A program made the position numbers and the translations under genes. This document shows, in pieces, positions 48,957-59,200 of a DNA stretch of 60,914 nt. This stretch comes from Acidobacteriota bacterium (GTDB lineage Bacteria > Acidobacteriota > Thermoanaerobaculia > Multivoradales > UBA5704). The stretch is taken from positions 1-60,914 of the forward strand of contig JBDTZG010000031.1 in NCBI GenBank assembly GCA_040005235.1, given 5' to 3'. A model generated the notes under the pieces. The model was given only the letters and a program-made list of their open reading frames with translations. It was not told the origin of the DNA and made no database searches. Position 1 is the stretch's first letter; each line of letters begins with the position of its first letter.

Positions 48957-50144
48957 ATGAGCGAGAGCGAGCAGATCGCCCGGTGGCGGGTGGATACCCC
49001 CGGGTGCGCGGAGCGGATTCACTTGAACAATGCGGGCTCGGCGCTTCCCGTGGGTTCGGTGCTCGCGGCACAAGTTGGATATCTCGAACGCGAGGCGCGG
49101 CTCGGCGGCTATGAGATCGAGGACGCGGAGATGGCGACCAGCGAGGCGGCGTACGGCCATCTCGCTCGTCTGGTGGGTGCCGTGCCACGGAATCTCGCGA
49201 TCGTCGAGAACGCGACCGTCGGTTTCGCCCTCGCGCTGTCCGCGTTCGATTTTGAGCCCGGCGACCGCTTGGTGACGACGAACGAGGACTACCCGTCGAA
49301 CCATCTGATGTTCCTCTCGCTCGCGGAGCGGCGCGGGGTGGAGGTGGTGCGCGCCGACGATCTGCCCGAAGGCGGGGCGGATCCCGCATCGATCGCGAAG
49401 CTCGCCGCGCATCCGCGCTGCCGGCTGGTCGCGGTCAGTTGGGTGCCCACCAACTCCGGTTTGATTCAACCGGTCGAAGCGATCGGCGAGGTCTGCGAAC
49501 GGCTCGGCGTCCCCTACCTGATCGATGCCTGCCAGGCGGTCGGCCAACTGCCGATCGACCTGGGTACCCTCCGCTGCGACTACCTTTCCGCTTCGGCGCG
49601 GAAGTTCCTGCGCGGGCCGCGCGGCATCGGTTTCCTCGCGGTCTCCGACCGGGCGCTCGATCGGGGCGACTCGCCGCTGCTGCTCGACATGCGCGGCGCC
49701 GACTGGACGAGTGCCGGCGAATTCCGGCGGGTCGATTCCGCCCGCCGGTTCGAGAACTGGGAGTTCAACTACGCGCTCGTGCATGGCCTCGGCGAGGCGG
49801 CGCGCTACGCGGTGGACGAGGCGGGAGAGGCGGGAGGGCGCCGCTCCGTGGCGCTCGCGGCCTACGTTCGCGAACGGCTGGCGGCGCTGCCCGGCGTCTC
49901 GATCGCCGACCGGGGGAAGAATCTGGCGGCGATCGCCACCGCCACCGTTGCGGGAAAAGATCCTCAAGAGCTGGTGCTCGCGCTCCGCGACCGGGGGATC
50001 AACCTGCACGCTTCGAACCGGATCGCCTATTTTCAAGGAGGGGGCCGCAGCCGCAGCCTCTTCCGTGTTTCGCCCCACTACTACAACACCGAAGAGGAGA
50101 TCGATCGGGCGATCGGGGCGCTCGGCGAGCTGCTCGCGGCTTGA
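48957..50144 (+). CDS. Class V PLP-dependent aminotransferase/lyase (cysteine desulfurase-like fold)
   Basis: IHLNNAG, DACQAVGQ, SARKFLRGPRGIG, RVSPHYYNTEEE. Confidence 0.88.
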   Translation: MSESEQIARWRVDTPGCAERIHLNNAGSALPVGSVLAAQVGYLEREARLGGYEIEDAEMATSEAAYGHLARLVGAVPRNLAIVENATVGFALALSAFDFEPGDRLVTTNEDYPSNHLMFLSLAERRGVEVVRADDLPEGGADPASIAKLAAHPRCRLVAVSWVPTNSGLIQPVEAIGEVCERLGVPYLIDACQAVGQLPIDLGTLRCDYLSASARKFLRGPRGIGFLAVSDRALDRGDSPLLLDMRGADWTSAGEFRRVDSARRFENWEFNYALVHGLGEAARYAVDEAGEAGGRRSVALAAYVRERLAALPGVSIADRGKNLAAIATATVAGKDPQELVLALRDRGINLHASNRIAYFQGGGRSRSLFRVSPHYYNTEEEIDRAIGALGELLAA

Positions 50145-50255
50145 GCTGTCCCACTTTCTTCGGTCCGCCACACTCCAGCCCTGGAGCCCGAAAGCTCCAT
50201 CCTGCTACGGTTTAGCTGTCTGCTGTCGCCTCCGAAAGAGCCCCGAGACCATATC

Positions 50256-53200
50256 TTGCACGTACCGTCGTCCATCGAGCCGGTGGAAGAGGATCGCTGG
50301 GGCACGCCGCCGAACCTGAGGCCGGGGCCGGAGCGCGCGCCGCTGTCGTTCGGCCAAGAGGCGCTCTGGTTTCTTTCTCGCCTGGCCCCCGCCTCGCGCG
50401 CCTACCACCTGTGCGGAGCCGCACGGCTTCTAGTCCCCTGCGACGCGAAAACCGGCGAGGCCGTGGCGCGCGCGTTCGCCGCTCTCGCCAAGCACCATCC
50501 CGCCCTCCGCACGACCTTCGGCGAAGGGCCGGACGGCACCCCGGAGCAGCGGGTGGGCAGCGGTCCGGGCCTGGACTTCTCGCAAGTCGTCGTCGCCTCG
50601 GAGGTCGATCTCGCCCTTCATCTGGCCCGGGAGCTGGACGCTCCGTTCGACCTCGAACAGGGGCCGCTGGTGCGCGCGGGGCTGATCACCGCTGCCGGCG
50701 AGACGGTCCTCTGGCTTGCCGCCCACCACCTGGTCGCCGACTTCTGGTCTCTCGCCGTCATGCTGCGCGATGTCGGGGTGGCGTATGCGCATGCCGACGG
50801 CCGGCAGGCGCTGCTCGCCGCGGGCGACGGTGAGCCGCAGCTCTCCTACGCCGAGTGGACGCGCTGGCAGCGCGAGCGGACCGCGGGAGCGGAAGGGGCA
50901 CGCGAGCTGGCCGCCTGGAAGGAAGCCCTGGCGGGCGAGCTACCGCGTCTGGAGCTGCCGACCGACCGGCCCCGCCGCGGCAAGGTCACGTGGGACGGCG
51001 GCGCGGTCGACATCTGCGTCGCGGCCGATGCCGTGCGCGCGCTCGGGCGGGTCGCGCGCGGTGCGAAGAGCAATCTGTTCTCCGCCCTGCTCGCGGCGTT
51101 TCAGGCGTTCCTCGCGCGGCTCTCCGGACAAAACGACCTGATCGTCGGCACCCCGACCACCGGCCGCTTCGGCACGCGGGTGGCCGATCAGGTCGGCTAT
51201 TTCGTCAATCCGGTGCCGGTGCGCGCGGACCTTTCGGGCGATCCGAAGTTCGCCGAGCTGCTCGCCCGCCAGCGGCCGACGATCCAGGCGGCGCTCGCGC
51301 TCCAGGCCTATCCATTCTCGCGCCTGGCCGAAGAGATTCAGCCGGAGCGAGAGCCCGGCCGGTCGCCGATCTTCGACGCGGTGCTCGCCTATGAGAAGGC
51401 GCGCGGCGGCGAAGGGTTCTGGGGTTTCGCGCTCGGGCAGGCGGGGACGCGGGTGGACTTGGGCGGCCTCGCACTCGAATCGCTGCGGGTGGAGCCCTCC
51501 GGCTCGCCCTTCGATCTGTCGCTCGCGGTGTCGGAAGTGGCGGGCGGCCTCGCCGGCTCGCTACGTTACGCGAGCGAGCTGTTCGACCGCGCAACGGTTG
51601 AACGCTGGGCGGGCTGGTGGGTCCGTCTGATCGAAGGGGCGGCGGTAGCCCCCGATCTTCGGCTCTCCGAGCTGCCGTTGCTCTCCCCGTCGGAACGGAC
51701 CGCGCTGCTCGCCTCTGGAGCCTCCGGCCCGTCGGCGGGCGCCGCGTTGTCGGGCGATCGTGCCCGACTCGATTCCGGTTTCGCCCAATGGGAGCAGCAG
51801 ACGCCGGACGCCCTCGCGGTAGCCGATGCCGGCGAGGAGTGGACCTATCGCGAGCTGGGGGAGCGGGCCAATCGCTTGGCGCACCACCTCCGTGGATGGG
51901 GCGTCGCCGAAGAGGCGCGGGTCGCCGTCTGTCTCGATCGTTCGGCAGCGCTGGTCGCCGCGATGCTCGGCGTGCTGCGGGCCGGTGCGGCGTTCGTGCC
52001 AATCGATCCGGCCTATCCGGAGGCGCGCCGCGCCGCGATGATCGAGCTGTCGGGCGCGACCGCCGTGGTGACCTCCGAGTCGTTCGTCGGCAGCTGGTGC
52101 GGCGCAGCTTCGGTCGTCCTGCTCGACGCCCTCTCGGGGCCAGAATCCGCACCGCCGTCCCGCCGGAGCCATCCCGATCAGCTCGCTTACGTGATCTTCA
52201 CCTCGGGCTCGACCGGTACGCCGAAAGGTGTGGCGATCAGTCATCGCGCGGCGCTCCACATGGTCTCCTGGTATGGCACGCGTTTCGGCTGGACGCCCGC
52301 CGATCGCGGATCTCAGATCGCCGGCCCGGGCTTCGACGCCACGGTGTTTGAAATCTGGCCGGCGCTCAGCACGGGCGCAAGCGTTCACGTGCCGCCGGAC
52401 GAGGCACGCCTTTCGCCTGCCGCGCTGCTCGCCTGGCTCGCGGCAGAGCGGGTGACGGTCGCGTTCTTGCCGACGCCGCTCGCCGAGGCGGCGTTCGCCG
52501 AGCCCAGGGCGAAAGACCTGGCGCTTCGCTATCTCACCGTCGGCGGCGATCGTCTCCACCGCGGCGCGCCGAACGGCTTCACGCTGGTCAATATGTACGG
52601 CCCGGCCGAAAACGCGGTCGTGAGCACCGCGGGCGAGGTGCCGACGGACGACCCGCAGCCTTCCATCGGCCGGCCGATCGACGGCGTCCGGGTCTACCTG
52701 CTCGATCGCCGGCAGGGCCTCGCGCCGCCCGGCGCGGTGGGAGAGCTCGCCGCCGCCGGTCCGGGTCTTGCCCGCGGCTATCTCGGCGATCCGGCGCAGA
52801 CGGCGGAACGCTTCCGCCCCGATCCGTTCGGAGCGCCTGGCGAAAGGCTCTATCGCACGGGCGACCTCGCCCGGTTCCGCAAGGCGGACGGCGAAATCGA
52901 TTTCCTCGGCCGCCTCGACCATCAGGTGAAGATCCGCGGCCAGCGGATCGAGTTGGGGGAGATCGAATCCGCCCTAGCGAGCCTGCCCGAAATTCGCGAG
53001 GCGACGGTGCTGGTGCACGAGGCCAGTCCCGGTGATCGGCGGCTGGTCGCGTTCGTCGTCCTCACTCATGAGGTGACAGATGCCGATTTGATCGAGCCCC
53101 TACGGCGCCGCCTGTCGGACGCGATGGTGCCGCGGACTTTCGTGCGGCTGGAACGGCTGCCGGCGAATGCGAACGGCAAGGTCGATCGGCGCGCTCTCGC

Positions 53201-56200
53201 GGTACTCGCCGCGCGGGCAGTCGCCGAGGAAGGGTCGGGAGGCATCGAAGGAGGAACCGCGCCGCGCAGCGAGACGGAACTCCGAGTCGCCGCGATCTGG
53301 CGGGAGCTGCTCGGCCGCGAGCGCGTGGGGGTGGAGGACGATTTCTTCGCGCTCGGCGGCCACTCTTTGTTGGTGACGCAGCTTGCCTCGCGGATGCGGC
53401 GAGTCTTCGGGGTTGAGTTTCCCCTCGTTGAGCTTTTCGCGGGAGCTACCGTCGCCTCGATCGCGGCGCGGGTGGAACAAAAGCTCACCGAGGGAGGAGA
53501 CGTCGAACGGATTGAGCGCGTAGCGAGACCCTCGGACGTCCCTCTGTCGTTTTCTCAAGAGCGGCTCTGGTTCGTCGATCGGCTGGAGCCCGGGAAGGCA
53601 ACCTACAACGTCGGATTCCGGCTTACGCTCGAAGGGCCGCTTTCGACCACTGCTTTAGAAGCCGCGCTCGCCGCCGTCGTCGCGCGGCATGAGCCGCTGC
53701 GCACGCGGTATGCGCAACCGGGTGATGTCGCGCGCCAGGAGATCGATTCTCCCTCGTTGAGTCTCTTCGTCCTTTGGCCGCGCATTGACCTGACGCTCGA
53801 CGAACAAGCATCCGCCGAAGAAGCGGTGCGAATAGCCCGGTCCGAAGGGCGCCGGCCGTTCGATCTCGCCCGCGGCCCGGTCGTGCGCGCGACGCTCGTA
53901 AAGCGGGGTGCGGATCTTCACGATGCGATCTTCACCTTCCATCACATCGCCATCGACGGCTGGTCCCTCTCGATCTTCTCGCGCGAGATCGCTGAGCTGT
54001 ACGCCGCCGCCGCCGAAGGTCGCGAGGCCCATCTTCCCGATTTGCCGATCGAATACGCCGACTGGGCAATCTGGCAGAGAAAGTGGCTTTCGGGCGAGCG
54101 ATACGAGCGTGAGCTCTCCTGGTGGCGAGAGCATCTTCAAGGAGCGCCGGAGGGGATCGACCTGCCCACCGATCGGCCACGACCGTCCGTGCCCCAACGC
54201 CATGCAGGCCAAGTGCGGCGCACTCTGCCGCCCCACCTGTCGCAAGCGCTCGCCGCACGAGCCAACGCCGAATCCTCAACCCCCTTCATGACGCTTTTAG
54301 CCGCCTGGGCAGGTCTCCTCGCCCGCCTCGGTTCGGGCAACGATCTCGTCATCGGCACTCCGATCGCGAACCGCAACCGCGCCGAGACGGAAGGGCTGAT
54401 CGGATTTTTCGTCAACTCGCTCGCCCTTCGAATTGCGACCGAACCCGCGCCGACGTTACGCTCGCTATTGGCGACCGTGCGCGCGGCGTCGGTCGGAGCG
54501 TTCGCTCATCAGGATTTTCCGTTTGAGCGGCTGGTGGCGGAGCTGGGCGGTGCGCGGGGAGGTATCGCCGGGGGTGTCCCGCCGATCTATCAAGTTTCGT
54601 TCGCGTTCCAGAACCTGCCCGCGCCGGTGATGCTGCCGGGTCTGAGGACTACGGTCGAAGAGCTGGACGGCGGCAGCGCGAAACTGGATCTGGGGTTGGT
54701 GGTCACTCCGTTTGAGGAGGGGTTTGTCGCGCAGTTGGAGCTGAATTTGGACCTGTTCGATCCGGCGACGGGGGCTCGGTTGCTGGCGGGGTTCGAGAGG
54801 ATGGCGGCGGAGCTGGCGGCGCATCCGGAGAAGTTGTTGGCCGATGCGGTGCTTCTGGGGTCGGCGGAGCGGCAGCAACTGCTCATCGAATGGAGGGACG
54901 GGAATCTCGCGCTGGCTCCACTTCTGGCGCATGACTTCATCGCGAGGAACGCGCGCGAGCGACCGGAGGCTTTGGCTTTGGAATCGGAGCACGAGCCGGG
55001 GCGGCGGTATACCTGGGCGGAGGTCGCGGCGGTTACGGATGTGTTGGCTCGGCGGCTCGCGGGGTTGGGCGCGGGGCCTGAGAAGGTGGTCGGGGTTTCG
55101 TTGGAGCGCTCGGTCGATCGGGTGCTGGCGATGTTTGCCGTGTGGAAGGCTGGCGCCTGCTACCTGCCGGTCGATCCGGAGCTTCCGGTAGAGCGGCGGG
55201 CGTTGCTGCTTGAAGATGCCGGGGCGTTGGTGGTGATGGTGAGGGATGTGCCGTCGGGGGATTTGGGGTGGATCGGGACGGTGGCTCCGCTTCTTGTCAG
55301 TAAGGAGAATGGATTGCCGGTGGACGGCGGACCGGAGGCGGATCCGCGGAGGGTGTTGCCGGAAAACCTTGCTTATCTGATCTACACCTCGGGCTCGACC
55401 GGGGTGCCGAAGGGCGTGGGGATTTCGCATCGGCATGCGGCCGGGCACTTTGCTGCTGCGGCCGGTTTCTACCGGCTGGTCTCGACGGACCGTGTGGTGC
55501 AGTTTGCTTCGGCGAGCTTTGACGTTTCGCTGGAGCAGGTGGGCGTGGCGTTGGCCTCCGGCGGAACGTTGGTGGTGCGGGGGCCGGAGCTGCCTCCGCC
55601 TCTGGAGCTTTCGGCTTGGATGAGCCGGTTGCGGATTACGAACGCGAACCTGCCGACCGCCGTTTGGACCGAGTGGAGCTGGTCGGAGGCACCGCTGCCG
55701 AAAGGTTTGCGGGTGTTGGTGACGGGGGGCGAAGCGATGACCCCTGCGGCAGCCGATCGTTTTCGGCAAAGACTCGCCGAGATGGACGATCCTCCGGTCG
55801 TCTACAACGGCTACGGACCGACCGAAACGGTGGTGACCGCCACCTGTTATGACCTGCGCTACGGTCGCCTGCCCGAGTCCGGCTCGGTGTCGATCGGTCG
55901 TCTGTTGCCCAAACGCGCCGGCCACGTCGTCGATCCCGAAGGCCGGCCGCAACCGCTCGGCGGTGTCGGCGAGCTGGTGCTGGGCGGCCTGCTCGCGCGC
56001 GGCTATCTCGATCGTCCGGACCTTACGGCCGAGCGATTCCGTCCCGATCCCTTTACTGACGCTTCTTTCGGAGCGAGGCTCTATTGGACCGGCGACCGCG
56101 TCAGGCAGCGGGGCGACGGCTCGTTCGACTACCTCGGCCGAACCGACCAGCAGATCAAGATCCGAGGTTTCCGAATCGAGCCGGGCGAGATCGAGGCAGC

Positions 56201-59200
56201 GCTCGAATCTCACCCAGAGATCAGAGAAGCGATCGTGCTCGCGCGCGAAGCGCCGGGTGCTTCGGGGATTGGCAAGCGGCTTATCGCTTGGGCCCGGCCG
56301 CACGACTCCATCCCTCTGCCCGACCTGCACCGTTTCCTTGCCGGTCGCCTGCCCGACTACATGGTGCCTTCGGCGTTCGTCGAGGTCGCGGAGTGGCCGC
56401 TCACGCCGACCGGCAAGATCGACCGCCGCGCGCTGCCCGATCCGGTCTTCGAATCCAGCTCTACCGAACGGATTGCGCTGCGCACTGCCACCGAGGAGAT
56501 CGTCGCCGGCGTCTTTACCGAGCTTCTCGGCGTCGCCGAAATCGGCGCCGAAGCCGACTTCTTCGCGCTCGGTGGCCACTCGCTGCTCGCGACGCAACTG
56601 GCGTCTCGTTTGCGCAGAACTTTTTGGGTCGAGCTTTCCCTCGCTGAGCTTTTCGCTGGGGCGACGGTCGCCGCGATCGCCGAGCGGATCGACGCGCTCG
56701 CGGGTGGTCCGTCGGCGCCGGCTTTGAAACGAAGAAAAGCGTCTGGTGAGGAGGGTGAAGGCGAGCTTTCGTTCGCGGAGGAGCGGTTGTGGTTTCTCGA
56801 CCGGTTGGATCCCGGGACGGCGACGTACAACGTCGGTTTTCAGCTCACGCTCGACGGGCCGCTTTCGTTCGCACCGTTTGTCGCGGCGCTTTCCTCGATC
56901 GTCGCGCGGCATGCGCGGCTGCGAACCCGGTTCGGCGAGCGAGCGGGCAAGCCGTTCACCACGGTGGAGCCGCCTAGCGCCGTGCCGGTACCGAGGATCG
57001 ATCTCTCCGCGATCGAGAGCCGGGCCGAAGCCGCGCGGCTCGCTGCGAACGAAGGGCGGCGACCGTTCGATCTGGAGCGCGGGCCGCTTCTTCGCGTCAC
57101 CCTTTTGAGGCGTGCTCCCGATCGTCTCGACGCGCTATTCGTGTTCCATCACATCGCGACCGATGGCTGGTCGATCTCGGTCTTCTCGCGCGAGATGGCG
57201 GAGCTGTATGCCGCCGCGATCGAGGAGCGCCCCGCGGGGCTTCCCTCGTTGCCGATCGAGGTTTCGGATTGGGCAGCCTGGCAGCGCGATTGGCTATCCG
57301 GCGAGGTCTACGACCGGCAGCTCGCATGGTGGCGGGAGCGGCTCGCGGGCGCTCCGGAGGTTCTGGATCTTCCCGTCGATCGTCCGCGGCCGGCGGCTCC
57401 GAAAAGCCCCGCGTGGCTGGTGCGCCGTGAGCTTCCTTCGGCGATCCTTTCTTCGGTTTCCGCCCGCTCGCGCGCGGCGGGTGCCACTCCGTTCATGGTT
57501 CTGCTCGCCGCGTGGGCGGGGCTGCTGTCGCGGTTGGGCGCGGGCCGCGACCTGGTGATCGGGGCTCCGATCGCGAACCGCAATCGGGCGGAGACGGAGG
57601 GGCTGATCGGCTTCTTTATCAATTCGTTGGCGATGAGGATTTCCACGGAAGAGTCGACGCTGCACGGTTTGCTGGCTCGAACGCGGGAGGTTGCACTGGG
57701 TGCGTACGCCCACCAGGATTTCCCGTTCGACCGCTTGGTCGCGGAGCTGGGCGGCGCGCGGGGCGGCAAGGTTCCGCCGCTTTTCTCCGTCTCGCTGGTG
57801 TTTCAAAACCTCCCCGAGGCGGTGCTGCTGCCGGGGGTGACGACGACGATCGAGCCGCTCGGCGGGGGAGTGGCGAAGCTCGATCTCGCTCTCGTCGTCT
57901 CTCCTGTGCGGGAGGCAGGGGGCGGTCGGTTGTCTGCGCTGTTGGAGATCGATTTAGATCTTTTCGATCCGGCGACCGGCGCTCGGCTGCTTGCCGGGTT
58001 CGAGCGGATGGTTGCGGAGATGGCGGCGCATCCGGAGCGGCTGTTGAGGGATGCGGAGCTGTTGGGGCGGCCGGAGCGGCATCAACTGCTCACCGAATGG
58101 GGGGAAGGGAATCTCGATCTGCCGCCGGTACTCGTGCACGACTGGATCGGGAAACATGCGCGGGAGCGGCCGGATGGGTTGGCTTTGGAGTCGGAGCACG
58201 AGCCGGGGCGCCGGTACACCTGGGCGGAGGTCGCGGCCCATACGGACCTGCTGGCGCGGCGGCTCGCGGGGTTGGGCGCCGGGCCGGAGACAGTGGTGGG
58301 AGTGTCGCTGGAGCGTTCGGTCGATCGGGCGCTGGCGATGTTTGCGATCTGGAAGGCCGGCGCTTGCTACCTGCCGGTCGATCCGGAGCTGCCCGAAGCG
58401 CGGCGGGCGCTGTTGTTGAAAGATGCCGGGGCGGTGGTGGTGATGGTGAGGGATTTGACGGCGGAGAGGGATGGGTGGATCGGGACGGTTGCGCCGCTTC
58501 TTGTCAGTAAGGAGAGCGGAAGGCCGGTGGACTTCGGGCCGGAGGCGGTTCCGCGGAGGGCGGTGGCGGAAAACTTGGCGTACATCATCTATACCTCGGG
58601 CTCTACCGGGTTGCCGAAAGGTGTGGGCATTTCGCACCGGCATGCCGCCGGGCACTTTGCGGCGGCTTGTGGTTTCTATCGGATGGATTCGACCGATCGG
58701 GTGGTGCAGTTCGCTTCGGCGAGCTTCGACGTCTCGATGGAGCAGGTCGGCGTGGCGCTCGCTTCCGGCGGAACGCTGGTGGTGCGCGGTCCGGAATTGC
58801 CGCCACCTTTGGAGCTTTCGGCTTGGATGACGCGGTGGGGGATCACGAACGCCAATTTGCCGACCGCCGTATGGACGGAGTGGAGCTGGTCGGATGCGCC
58901 GCTGCCGAGGGTGCTGCGCAATTTGGTGACCGGCGGCGAGGCGATGACCCCGGCTGCCGCCGAGCGCTTCCGCCAACGGCTTACCGAAATGGAAAATCCT
59001 CCCGTCGTCTACAACGGCTACGGTCCCACCGAGACGGTGGTGACCGCCACCTGTTACGACCTTAGGTTCGGGCGCCTGCCGGAATCGGGCTCGGTTTCGA
59101 TCGGTCGGCTGCTGCCTTCCCGGACGGGCTTCGTCGTCGATCCCGAAGGCCGACCGCAGGCGCTGGGCGGCATCGGCGAGCTGGTGCTGGGCGGCCTGCT

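Noticed and set aside
47266-49389. 707-aa ImuA
   Set aside because: The N-terminal 429 codons are antisense to pdxH and the PLP enzyme. The promoter places the start at 48102 or later.
50142-50255. Stop-codon readthrough fusing the class V PLP enzyme to the NRPS (same frame, single TGA, 37 open codons)
   Set aside because: Easily coincidental in GC-rich DNA. The PLP enzyme ends at its normal C-terminus, and NRPS-embedded aminotransferases are usually class III.
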